32,000 nt of DNA from Patescibacteria group bacterium (GTDB lineage Bacteria > Patescibacteriota > Patescibacteriia > 2-01-FULL-39-33). Under the pieces are notes generated by a model, which made no database searches, was not told where the DNA came from, and saw only the letters and a list, made by a program, of their open reading frames with translations. Location of the stretch: assembly GCA_041649575.1 (NCBI GenBank), contig JBAZMW010000003.1, positions 60,001-92,000 on the forward strand, given 5' to 3'. Below are positions 17,614-26,502 of the stretch, piece by piece; the stretch's first letter is position 1; each line of letters starts with the position of its first letter. The position numbers and the translations under genes were made by a program.

Positions 17614-17642
17614 ATTATACGGCATATGACAAAATTTGTCAA
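17614..17642 (-). promoter_or_regulatory. Consensus promoter for the DGR target gene, TTGACA-N17-TATAAT
   Basis: Minus strand TTGACA (17637-17642), TATAAT (17614-17619), spacer 17 bp; about 200 nt upstream of the target ATG. Confidence 0.75.
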
Positions 17643-17668
17643 TCAAATAACTATCCTTAATAAATATT

Positions 17669-17750
17669 TGGGCCGGGAGGGATTCGAACCCCCGAAGGCA
17701 AAGCCAAGAGATTTACAGTCTCCCCCATTTGACCGCTTTGGTACCGACCC
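17669..17750 (-). tRNA. tRNA-Tyr (GTA), long variable arm
   Basis: GGGTCGG...GAGA-CTGTAAA-TCTC...GGGGG-TTCGAAT-CCCTC-CCGGCCC plus discriminator A. Confidence 0.93.
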
Positions 17751-17769
17751 ATACTAACTGTTATACTTG

Positions 17770-17842
17770 AGCCGTTGATCGGATTTGAACCGATGACCTA
17801 CTCCTTACCATGGAGTTGCTCTACCAACTGAGCTACAACGGC
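17770..17842 (-). tRNA. tRNA-Thr (GGT)
   Basis: GCCGTTG...ACTCC-ATGGTAA-GGAGT...ATCGG-TTCAAAT-CCGAT-CAACGGC cloverleaf. Confidence 0.93.
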
Positions 17843-17988
17843 ATATAGATTGTTTTGATTAATTACAGCTTACAATCAGACTGGATCCAACTGAGCTATC
17901 CGCCTCGGCTCGCCTTGCTCGCCAAGGCGAGACGGGCAACGGCTTATAGATTGTTTTTGATTTAAGTTTTTTTATTCTAACAAATAAT

Positions 17989-18852
17989 TCACATTTTTTC
18001 AATAGCTTCTCTAAAATCATCTAATTTGCCGTTTTCCGAATTAATCTCGCTAAGCCGGTTGAAAGTCTTCTTGGCCAAGCTCTTCTCCCCCAACTTGATA
18101 CTTAACTCTATTAATTTATCGAGATATTTGGGGTTGTTGGGCACAATGGAAGCCGCTTTCAGATAACAATCCAATGCCTTGTCTGCTTTATCCATTATTT
18201 CATAAATTTGCCCCAAGTCATCATAATAAACAGCCAGTTGCGGTTCAATGTCTAAAGAACTCAAAAAATCCGTTTCTAATTCTTCGAGACGCTCTCCCTT
18301 GACCGCCACCGCCTGATTGAATTTTTTGTTGGCCAAGCTTAATTTCAAAAGATACTGGTAAATTTCTTCGGCTTGATTATAATCTTTACGGTAAAAATAT
18401 AACTTGCCCAACAGCTCATAGGCCTCTTTGTTCTTTTTGTCCTTGGCAATGACTTCTATCAGCCTCTTTTCGGCCAAAGAAAAATCCTCCTCGGCGACCA
18501 ATTCTTTGGCTTCGGCAATCAACTCATCGGTTGTAGGAATCTTGATCGGCTCACTGCTTTCTTTAGCCTGGTATTTATGCTCCAAATTGGAAACCCAGGC
18601 TTTTAACTTTTTGAATTGCTCGGCAGCCCTCTGTCCGCGCCCGGAAAAAACACTTCTGATCCTGATCGCCGCCTTGCTGCTATTTCTAAAAAATTTGGCC
18701 TGTAGAATCTTGGCCTTGGCCGAAGCTTGTTTTTCTTCTTTCAGGGAGTTAATATTGATATTTCTCAAGTCGGGCAGATGTTTAAATAATAAATAAAACA
18801 AGCCGGCCAAACTGGCGACGATAATAACGATTAAAATAATTACCAATAACAT
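17989..18852 (-). CDS. Membrane-anchored TPR-repeat protein
   Basis: N-terminal TM (VILIIVIIVASLAGLFYLLF) and TPR-like repeats (AYELLGKLYFYRKDYNQAEEIYQYLLKL; YYDDLGQIYEIMDKADKALDCYLKAASIVP). Confidence 0.85.
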   Translation of the reverse strand: MLLVIILIVIIVASLAGLFYLLFKHLPDLRNININSLKEEKQASAKAKILQAKFFRNSSKAAIRIRSVFSGRGQRAAEQFKKLKAWVSNLEHKYQAKESSEPIKIPTTDELIAEAKELVAEEDFSLAEKRLIEVIAKDKKNKEAYELLGKLYFYRKDYNQAEEIYQYLLKLSLANKKFNQAVAVKGERLEELETDFLSSLDIEPQLAVYYDDLGQIYEIMDKADKALDCYLKAASIVPNNPKYLDKLIELSIKLGEKSLAKKTFNRLSEINSENGKLDDFREAIEKM

Positions 18853-18863
18853 TTCTTGAGTGA

Positions 18864-19730
18864 TTAATTGCCGCTACCAAAAATTTCAATCTTGGCTATA
18901 ACGTCGTCTCTTACCGCCTCGATGGAAGGAGCTAAGATTCTGCGCGGGTCATAAAACTTTTCAAATTCCTTGGCGGCAATGGTTTTTTTCAGGGTTTGCG
19001 TGAAAGCTAGGCGTAAAGTAGTATCGATGTTAATAATCCTTACGCCATTTTTTATTGCCTGCCTGATGTCGTCGGGGTTGGTGCCCGAAGCGCCGTGCAG
19101 TACCAGTGGTAATTCGACTTCTTTATTAATTTTTACCAACCTCTTTAAATCAATTATTTCCTTGCCCTCAAAAGCGCCGTGCATGGTGCCGACAGAAACC
19201 GCCAAAGTGTCAATCCCTGTCCTGGCCACAAATTCTTTCACCCGACTGGGATCGGTCATAAATTTATTGGGGTCTTTGGGCAGCTCCACTTCAGTCATGC
19301 CTTCTTTGCCAAAAATAGTCCCCAGCTCTCCCTGCGCCCAAGCGCCGAAACGATGAGCATAATCGACCGACTGCTTGGTAATGGTAATATTTTCTTCAAA
19401 GGGCAGGTCGGAGGCATCGATGTGAATGGAAGAAAACCCGGCCCTGATGCATTCTACCACCGAACGAAAACTTTTACCGTGATCCAAATGCAAAGCCACC
19501 GGAATCTCCCGGCCTTCATTGTTGGCAACCGATTCGATTAGGCTGACTATGGTCTTTAAGCCGGCATAATTAATGGTGGACTCGGAAACTTGAACAATCA
19601 TTGGCGATTTTTTGGCCAAAGCGCCACGAAAAATTCCCAAAGTCATCTCCAGATTGGAAGTGTTAAAAGCGCCCAAAGCAAACTCTCCGGCTATGGCCTT
19701 TTTTACTATCTCCTTAATGTGAATAAGCAT
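18864..19730 (-). CDS. fba: Class II fructose-bisphosphate aldolase
   Basis: GAFNTSNLE, ALHLDHGKSF, SIHIDASDLPFEENI, LVLHGASGT, INIDTTLR. Confidence 0.94.
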   Translation of the reverse strand: MLIHIKEIVKKAIAGEFALGAFNTSNLEMTLGIFRGALAKKSPMIVQVSESTINYAGLKTIVSLIESVANNEGREIPVALHLDHGKSFRSVVECIRAGFSSIHIDASDLPFEENITITKQSVDYAHRFGAWAQGELGTIFGKEGMTEVELPKDPNKFMTDPSRVKEFVARTGIDTLAVSVGTMHGAFEGKEIIDLKRLVKINKEVELPLVLHGASGTNPDDIRQAIKNGVRIINIDTTLRLAFTQTLKKTIAAKEFEKFYDPRRILAPSIEAVRDDVIAKIEIFGSGN

Positions 19731-19739
19731 AAATTAAAA

Positions 19740-20549
19740 TTAAATTCTATAATTTTCCACTAATTTAATAAATTCTTCGGCGCTTAAACTGGCCTGGCCG
19801 ACCAAAAAGCCCTCTACTAATTCTTGGCTGGAAAAATCGCCAAGCAAATCGGCCTCCATACTGCCGCCATAGATCAGCCTAATATTATTGTTGATTATTG
19901 TCAACGGGAATAAATCTCTTAGGGACTGCTTGATTATGCTCAAAACCTCCCCAGTTTCTTCGGCGGTAGCGTGCGGTCCCGGGCTGATAGCCCAAACCGG
20001 CTCATAAGCGATCACCAGTTTTTCCTGCTCGACTAAATCAACTCCCGCCAGCGCTCTGGTCAGCTGCCGCAAAATTTTGTTGCCAGTTGATCCCTCTTGC
20101 CGTTCACTAAGATTCTCGCCGACGCAAAGAACGGGTGTGAGGCCATTATCCAGACAAGCTAAAACTTTTTTATTAATCATCTCGTCCGTTTCGCCCAAAT
20201 TTTGTCTTCTCTCGGAATGACCAACAATCACGTATTGGCAACCCAAATCTTTTAAATACACTGGCGAAATTTCTCCCGTAAAAGACCCGGCCGTCTCCCA
20301 AAAAACATCTTGGGCGCCCAAAACTAAATTAGTGCCTTTCAGTATTTCTCCTACCGGAAACAAGCTGGTAAAAGCCGGGCAAATGACCACTTCTTTTTCG
20401 GTCGGCATGTCTTTCAGTCGTTGTTTTAAATTTTGAGCCAATTCCAGCGACTCGCTGGAAGCTAAATTCATTTTCCAGTTGGCGATAAAAATCGGCTTTT
20501 TCGGCAAAACCGGAATCGAGGTTTCTTTTGGTTGTTGATTAAAAAACAT
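19740..20549 (-). CDS. tpiA: Triosephosphate isomerase; true start may be internal
   Basis: IANWKMNLA, YVIVGHSERRQ, IAYEPVWAI, RLIYGGSM. Confidence 0.96.
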   Translation of the reverse strand: MFFNQQPKETSIPVLPKKPIFIANWKMNLASSESLELAQNLKQRLKDMPTEKEVVICPAFTSLFPVGEILKGTNLVLGAQDVFWETAGSFTGEISPVYLKDLGCQYVIVGHSERRQNLGETDEMINKKVLACLDNGLTPVLCVGENLSERQEGSTGNKILRQLTRALAGVDLVEQEKLVIAYEPVWAISPGPHATAEETGEVLSIIKQSLRDLFPLTIINNNIRLIYGGSMEADLLGDFSSQELVEGFLVGQASLSAEEFIKLVENYRI

Positions 20550-20558
20550 TGGCAGATT

Positions 20559-21479
20559 TTACCATTGATAATTATTAAAAGCCCAATAAGCCAAACTTTT
20601 GGTGTCGGTAAAGCGGCTGGTAATAGTGGGGCTGCCCAAAACAGCGACCAAAACTTGACGATTTCTTTCATCGGCCACCTGACTGACAAAACAATAACCC
20701 GCTTGTTCCAAGTAACCGGTTTTACCAGCTTCGATTTTATAACGACCGTCGCCCAAGCCAAAATCTTGGCCCAATATTTTATCAGTGTTTTGCACTTTCC
20801 TGATAACGCCTTTATCGCCAACGGCAAAACTGTATTCCTTTAGGGCGGTGGCGCGCTTAATTTCCGGCTGGATAAAGGCGGCTCGGGCCAGTTTGATTAC
20901 ATCCAGGGCGCTGGCCTTATTCTTATTGTCGAGGCCGCTGGGGTCTGTAAAATTTGCCTCGGTCATCTTTAGTTCTTTGGCTTTTAAATTCATCGCCCTA
21001 GTAAATTCTTCCGCCGACAAGCCGGTAGAACGAGCCAGGGCCAAAGCTCCCTCGTTGGAAGAAGCCACTAAGGTGGAGTAAAACAGATCTTTGACTTTAA
21101 TCTTTTCGCCGGCAAAAAAATAGTTAATACCGCCGTCACGATAATCGGTTTCCGAAATCGTCACCTCTTTTTCCCAGCCGGGATTATGCTCAAGAAAAAC
21201 CAAAGCCGTCATCAACTTGGTAATACTGGCGATGGAACGAGCGGTTTGCGAACCAGATTCAAAAAGAATTTTGCCGGTAGTGGGCTCCACCACCACAAAA
21301 TTTCGCGCGCTGATTTTGACCCCCAGACTTTGGCTGGAAAAGTCACGTTGCGGCAAAACACTGGCCAGAGGTTTGTTGTCGGCAGCAGGCAAACGATTGT
21401 CGCCGGTAGGTAGTGGCGCGGCTACTTGCGCCTGAAAAAACAAACTGGCTAAAAGTAAATTAACAACCAACTCCCACAT
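20559..21479 (-). CDS. D-alanyl-D-alanine carboxypeptidase (PBP5-like serine peptidase)
   Basis: SIASITKLMTALV (SxxK), SSNEG (SxN), EAGKTG (KTG), N-terminal signal sequence. Confidence 0.93.
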   Translation of the reverse strand: MWELVVNLLLASLFFQAQVAAPLPTGDNRLPAADNKPLASVLPQRDFSSQSLGVKISARNFVVVEPTTGKILFESGSQTARSIASITKLMTALVFLEHNPGWEKEVTISETDYRDGGINYFFAGEKIKVKDLFYSTLVASSNEGALALARSTGLSAEEFTRAMNLKAKELKMTEANFTDPSGLDNKNKASALDVIKLARAAFIQPEIKRATALKEYSFAVGDKGVIRKVQNTDKILGQDFGLGDGRYKIEAGKTGYLEQAGYCFVSQVADERNRQVLVAVLGSPTITSRFTDTKSLAYWAFNNYQW

Positions 21480-21507
21480 TGTTTTAAAAATTTATTTATC
21501 TCAAAGC

Positions 21508-22053
21508 TTAACCGTTATTTTCTAGGCCGGTTAGCAATTTTCCTAAGTTATTATTACGATTTAGCTGCTCATAATCGGGCAACTCCTCCACTTTATTCAA
21601 ACCCAGATAGCTCAAAAAATTAAAAGTGATGCTATAGAGCGTGCCGCGACGGCTGTCTTCCTGGCTCTCTACCAATCCTCGCATCAATAAATTCCTTAAA
21701 ATCAAGCTGCAATTAATGCCACGAATCATTTCCAGTTCTGCTTTAGAAATCGGGCCGCGGTAAGCGACGATAGTCAGGGTTTCCAAAGACGGCCTGGTCA
21801 ATTCGCCAGTCAGCTCGCTTTTGACAAATTTTTTGACCACCTCACTGGAATCGCCGGCAGTCACCATCTGATATTTATCACCTAAAACCGATATTTTTAT
21901 GCCCCCTTGCCGCTTTTCATATTCCTGGTTCAGTTCGTTTAAAGCCGACCTGGTTTCTTCCGGGTCAGTCGCCACGAGCTTGGCCAGCTCCTTGACGCTT
22001 AGGGACTTGGCGGCGATAAACAGCAGGCTTTCGAGTTGGTTTTTTATTTTCAT
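21508..22053 (-). CDS. scpB: Segregation and condensation protein B
   Basis: LESLLFIAAKSLSVKELAKLV, LETLTIVAYRGPISKAELEMIRGIN; adjacent to scpA. Confidence 0.93.
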   Translation of the reverse strand: MKIKNQLESLLFIAAKSLSVKELAKLVATDPEETRSALNELNQEYEKRQGGIKISVLGDKYQMVTAGDSSEVVKKFVKSELTGELTRPSLETLTIVAYRGPISKAELEMIRGINCSLILRNLLMRGLVESQEDSRRGTLYSITFNFLSYLGLNKVEELPDYEQLNRNNNLGKLLTGLENNG

Positions 22054-22748
22054 AAATTAATTCCTTCTATAATTATCTCATCAAAAACGCCTTTTTGTTT
22101 CACAGCCACTTCGCCGTTTTTTATCAACTCTAGAAGCGCAATAAAACAAATAACCGCCTCGGCGCGAGAACTGACTTTGGTCAAAATTTCCTGGAAATTA
22201 ATTTTTTTGATCCGCGCCAAGGAATTTTTGATGTTGGCTACCATTTCTCTAAGGGTCACCGTTCGTTCCAATACTTTTTGCGGCAGATTGACCACGTAGC
22301 TGATACGATTCAAAATCTCGTTAAAAACAGTGGTCAAATCCGCCAGCTTAAGCCGCGCCGGCGGGCTAAAAGTCGGCTCCGGCGACTCGGCAATCTTCTC
22401 TCTAAAAAAAGAAAAACGCTGCCGACTCAAGATGGCTTCGATGTTTTTCGAAGCCGCCAAATAATCCTTATAAATTTTTAATTGGGCTTCAAGCTGCTCG
22501 GCGCTATCTTCTTCGTCATCCGCCACCTCCGGCAAAAGCGTTTTTGATTTGATCACTAGCAGCTTGGTGGCTACCACCAAAAAATCCGCCAGTTCCAGGG
22601 CGCTAATGTCATTATTATCTAAATAGTAAAGATACTGATCGGTGACTTCGGCCAAAGCGACCTGGGAGATATCCAGTTTTTGGTCCTCGATAAGCCCCAA
22701 CAATAAATCCAAAGGGCCGCTGAATTGTTCAAGCTCGATTTGATACAT
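22050..22748 (-). CDS. scpA: Segregation and condensation protein A
   Basis: FSGPLDLLLGLIEDQKLDISQVALAEVTDQYLYYL, ELADFLVVATKLLVIKSKTLLP. Confidence 0.93.
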   Translation of the reverse strand: MYQIELEQFSGPLDLLLGLIEDQKLDISQVALAEVTDQYLYYLDNNDISALELADFLVVATKLLVIKSKTLLPEVADDEEDSAEQLEAQLKIYKDYLAASKNIEAILSRQRFSFFREKIAESPEPTFSPPARLKLADLTTVFNEILNRISYVVNLPQKVLERTVTLREMVANIKNSLARIKKINFQEILTKVSSRAEAVICFIALLELIKNGEVAVKQKGVFDEIIIEGINL

Positions 22749-22798
22749 TAAATAAAATTTTCAAGTAATTCTTAAAGTTCCGGTTTTAGAATTAAAAA

Positions 22799-23395
22799 TT
22801 ATTTATTTCTTCTCTTGGTCGATTTTTTCTTGGCAATTTTTTTGGCTGCCTTTCTGACTGGTTTTTTCTTGGCTATCTTGGCTTTTATTTTCTTCATTTG
22901 CTTTTCAACTTTCTTGGGAATTTTATAACCGCCCTTCATGGCGATGTCGGCCAACTTGGCTTCTTCCAGCTGGACAAAATCTCTGACTTTCATTAAGACG
23001 CTGTCGGTGAAACTACCGGTAGAAAAAACGGCTTTTTTGGTTTTGAGCATGGCTTTGTCAACCAGAGTCTCAAGTTGGTGCAATTTACCGAAAGAAGAAA
23101 TCGCACCCGGCTTGATTTTCAGAATTTTGACCATGATTTGCTCTTTGGGAATAGAAACCTTTTTTACTCTTAGAGCCTTCTTTAATTTATTAAGATCGAT
23201 CTTTTTGTCCGCCGGAACAATCACCAAGACAAAAGTTTTATCGGCCTGAATTAATAAATTTTTGGCAATTTCTTTAAGCTCTTTTTTGAGCGTTTGAGCG
23301 GCATCATAGGCGGTAAAAACCGTCTTATGAGCCACCTCCTCGTAGTCGATACCGGTTTTGTCTAAATAACTTTTGATTTTTTGAGGGATAGACAT
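22799..23395 (-). CDS. YbaK/aminoacyl-tRNA deacylase-domain protein with lysine-rich C-terminal tail
   Basis: YLDKTGIDYEEVAHKTVFTAYDAAQTL, KTFVLVIVPADKKIDLNKLKK; tail KKKPVRKAAKKIAKKKSTKRRNK. Confidence 0.8.
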   Translation of the reverse strand: MSIPQKIKSYLDKTGIDYEEVAHKTVFTAYDAAQTLKKELKEIAKNLLIQADKTFVLVIVPADKKIDLNKLKKALRVKKVSIPKEQIMVKILKIKPGAISSFGKLHQLETLVDKAMLKTKKAVFSTGSFTDSVLMKVRDFVQLEEAKLADIAMKGGYKIPKKVEKQMKKIKAKIAKKKPVRKAAKKIAKKKSTKRRNK

Positions 23396-23418
23396 ATGAT
23401 TTTTTGGTTAATTATTTT

Positions 23419-24348
23419 TTATCTGGGCACAATCGCGCCTGGCTCCCCAACTTGCAAGTTACCACCGCTTAATTTGACATTAAAACACTGATAACCGGCG
23501 CCGTGGCTGTACCATTCTTTGCCGGGAACCGGTTCGTTGGGATTGTTTGAAGCTAGAGAAAAAGTGGCGCACAGGGCATATTCGCCATCGCCAAAAACTT
23601 GATAGTCGTAGGGCTTCTTGGTTTCGGGGTCGGCCAAGGTTATATTGGCGGCGGCCAAATCACTGGGCAATTTTTTGTCTTTGATATAATAAGAGGCTAG
23701 TTGAGAACTGACAGAAGTCAAATCACTGGCTCTTTGTAAATCAAGGCTCCTCTCTCTGCTCTTTTGGGGAGAATCGATTATAAAAAAGCTGCCCAAAACC
23801 GAGGCTAAGGCGACGATAATGATCGCCACCAGAAAAGCAACCGAGACGGCACTTTTATAATTATAACTTTTTCTTTTCAGGTCATAAAAATAATAACCGA
23901 AAATACCGCCGGCGATCAGCAGAATAACAATAATCTTCAAAAAAACACTCAAGGTGTAATCTCCGTCCAGTAGCCGGAAAACCACGGCAATCAAATCACC
24001 GATGAGCACGAGCGCGGAAACAAAAAGCATCAAATAAGTCAGCCAGCGATAGATGCCGCTGGTATGGTTGAGCTCTTCTTTGCGATATTTTTTATGAAGC
24101 AAGCTGATGACCGCCAAAAAAACCGGAGTAATAATCAAGGTTGAGGCGACATTGAACTTGAGGGCGGTTTGGGAAAAGTTGCTGACGCTGGAAAAGAGCA
24201 GGTTGGGCGAAAAAAACTTATTGATGATCTGAAATAAAACCCCGCCAAGAGAAAGCGACATCCAGCCCAAGGTAACCAGACTTAGCAAATTAAGAAAAGC
24301 GTCTAAAGCGCCTTTTTCTTTGTATAAATTTTGATTGTTGCCTTCCAT
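23419..24348 (-). CDS. Multipass membrane protein with DUF5671-like N-terminus
   Basis: GALDAFLNLLSLVTLGWMSLSLGGVLFQIIN and five or more hydrophobic segments with a soluble C-terminus. Confidence 0.7.
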   Translation of the reverse strand: MEGNNQNLYKEKGALDAFLNLLSLVTLGWMSLSLGGVLFQIINKFFSPNLLFSSVSNFSQTALKFNVASTLIITPVFLAVISLLHKKYRKEELNHTSGIYRWLTYLMLFVSALVLIGDLIAVVFRLLDGDYTLSVFLKIIVILLIAGGIFGYYFYDLKRKSYNYKSAVSVAFLVAIIIVALASVLGSFFIIDSPQKSRERSLDLQRASDLTSVSSQLASYYIKDKKLPSDLAAANITLADPETKKPYDYQVFGDGEYALCATFSLASNNPNEPVPGKEWYSHGAGYQCFNVKLSGGNLQVGEPGAIVPR

Positions 24349-24356
24349 ATTTTTGA

Positions 24357-24677
24357 TTATTTATTATTTTTTAATTTGTTTTTGAGAGGTAATGCTTGCT
24401 GCTCACCCAGCAGTTTCTTGGCTGTCCTTAAACCGGCAGGAGTAAGAATCACTTCTTTGATAAACCATTTTTGGGCCGTCTTAATGCCCACTCCTTTTAT
24501 CAGCCCTCGGCCAATAAGCCGCTCTACACTTTTGGTAATGACGTTTTCTTGATCAATTTTTTTGGGCGGTTGCTTTTGCGACAAATAAAAATTATTCAAA
24601 ACCGTTTTAGAAACAGCGCGCTTCTTGCTCTCCAGCCCTTGACGCAAAACATATTTTTGCAACGAAGAGAGCGCCAT
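24357..24677 (-). CDS. Small hypothetical protein, winged-helix-like or DNA-associated
   Basis: Uninterrupted ORF in the operon context, basic composition. Confidence 0.5.
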   Translation of the reverse strand: MALSSLQKYVLRQGLESKKRAVSKTVLNNFYLSQKQPPKKIDQENVITKSVERLIGRGLIKGVGIKTAQKWFIKEVILTPAGLRTAKKLLGEQQALPLKNKLKNNK

Positions 24678-24682
24678 AATCT

Positions 24683-25342
24683 TTAAGACAATTTGTAATT
24701 ATTGATCATCAGCACAAACTTATACCCGAGATACTTGGCGGCCAAACGGCAGAAAGTCATGCGGTTGATAAAAATTTCGAAATATTCTATCGGATCGGCC
24801 AACTTGGTGTCGATGTTAATTTTTAGAATTATTTCTTTTCTCTTGCTGTCGACCGACAGCTGATTGTCGGTAGCGGCCCAGTTGACCCGATCGTGGATGT
24901 CGGTTTTGATACTGCCCTTGCTTTGCACGCGGGTGCGGTGCACGTCGGATTTGTCGGCCAAGATCAAAATGGCCGAGACTTTACTAACTAACTTTAAATC
25001 GTCCTTGTCATGACTGACTATGGCCTGCATTACCGTCGACAGATCTTCAGGCGCAGCTAAACTCATGAAAACTTGCGAAAACAGCATAGCCGCCCAATAA
25101 TGATGCCAGCTGCGGCCCAAAAAATTGCCCATATCGTGACAATAGCCGCTAATTGCCGAAAGCTCCTGCTCCCTTTTGGACAAGCCGACTTTCTTGGCCA
25201 GCGACATGGCGCGGTCGGCCACAATGTTGGTGTGACGAAAGCCGTGATCGGTGTAGCCCAGGGCCTTGAGATACTTCTCTGTTTGTTTGATAAAATCATT
25301 GACAAACAAATTAGTTTTAACTTGTTTAAAGGTTAATTGCAT
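24683..25342 (-). CDS. HD-domain phosphohydrolase-like protein
   Basis: HGFRHTNIVADRAM...SGYCHDMGNFLG...VSHDKDD. ATG 25342 (MQLTFKQV) preferred over the track start 25429. Confidence 0.75.
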   Translation of the reverse strand: MQLTFKQVKTNLFVNDFIKQTEKYLKALGYTDHGFRHTNIVADRAMSLAKKVGLSKREQELSAISGYCHDMGNFLGRSWHHYWAAMLFSQVFMSLAAPEDLSTVMQAIVSHDKDDLKLVSKVSAILILADKSDVHRTRVQSKGSIKTDIHDRVNWAATDNQLSVDSKRKEIILKINIDTKLADPIEYFEIFINRMTFCRLAAKYLGYKFVLMINNYKLS

Positions 25343-25400
25343 ATTTGTCGCCTTCTTTACCCGCCGTAACTTTATCAAAGACGGGCTAAATAGTAAAAAT

Positions 25401-26360
25401 TTATTTTGTGAATTTAAAAGTATTTGCAACTTGTTGTACTATATTTAAATCATCTCCGAAAATTCTAATTGTCCTGGTGCTTCCAAATATATCAACAATA
25501 AGATGCTCTCCACCACATTCTTCGCTTATAATATTAAATGATATGGCATTTTGATTATTTATCTTGGTTACTTTTATATTACTAACTTTATTAAGATCAC
25601 CTTCTGCCAAAGTATTATTTCTTGATAAAATCTGATAAGCTGAATTAAAATCGAAGTCTTGAATCTCATTAATCTCAATAGCCTTACAATCGCATTCACA
25701 TAAAGTCGGGGCGTTAATTTGATGAAAAGAAATCGCACTTTTTATCCAAGGAAACAAATAATTATTTATCTGATCCTGTTGTGGCGTATTGTTATTTTCA
25801 TCAATTGTTATAATCGGATCTGTATAATCATTAGGATAATTAAATTCAAACTTATATTTATCATTCTTATAAATCTTCCGGTCGGCAGTTTCTGTATTGT
25901 AACAATCACCAATCATCTCTGCCGGAAAACTATACTGTTTAACCAAAGCACAATCTATTTGGCCGTTGCCGTCGAAAACCAACTGCCAAACACCATCAAC
26001 CTTGGCAGCCAAAAATATACCGCCTTCGCCAACACCACCAACGCCAAATTTTACTTCACCACGAGCATGAGTAGCATCTTCTTGTTTGATGTGCACAGTT
26101 ACTTCATCCGGCTGTTTGTTATACTTATGAATAAACAACTGTTTGATAGCGGCAACAGTATCGACCTGCTCTGCTTTCGGGCAAGGCGTAAATTCGCAAT
26201 TGGGACCTTCGCGACCAACAGCCGAACCATCGGGACAACTTTTGGCTTCCTTGGTGCAAACGCCTGCTTCGTTGCTCGTTTTAATAAAAGAAGGAACCAT
26301 AGTGCAGCCGGCCAAAGCAACAACTGCTACTAACGACAGTAAAAGTAAAAATTTTTTCAT
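25401..26360 (-). CDS. Predicted lipoprotein
   Basis: Signal peptide and lipobox MKKFLLLLSLVAVVALAGC; Cys-rich segment CTKEAKSCPDGSAVGREGPNCEFTPCP. Confidence 0.8.
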   Translation of the reverse strand: MKKFLLLLSLVAVVALAGCTMVPSFIKTSNEAGVCTKEAKSCPDGSAVGREGPNCEFTPCPKAEQVDTVAAIKQLFIHKYNKQPDEVTVHIKQEDATHARGEVKFGVGGVGEGGIFLAAKVDGVWQLVFDGNGQIDCALVKQYSFPAEMIGDCYNTETADRKIYKNDKYKFEFNYPNDYTDPIITIDENNNTPQQDQINNYLFPWIKSAISFHQINAPTLCECDCKAIEINEIQDFDFNSAYQILSRNNTLAEGDLNKVSNIKVTKINNQNAISFNIISEECGGEHLIVDIFGSTRTIRIFGDDLNIVQQVANTFKFTK

Positions 26361-26377
26361 AAAGTTATTATTTTGAT

Positions 26378-26464
26378 GTCATTGCGAGCGAAGCCCAAAG
26401 GGCGCAGCGAAGCAATCCCACGGGATCGCCACGGTCGTCCAGCCGGTTGTACCGGCTGGATAGC
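26378..26464. repeat. Dispersed intergenic repeat, copy 1 (GTCATTGCGAGCGAAGC...GCAATCCCACGGGATCG...)
   Basis: Shares GTCATTGCGAG, GCGAAGC and CAATCCC(A/G)(C/T)GGGATC with 30093-30178. Confidence 0.65.
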
Positions 26465-26502
26465 CTTAAGAGCGATGACAACTATTAAACTTTTAACTAC
26501 CG

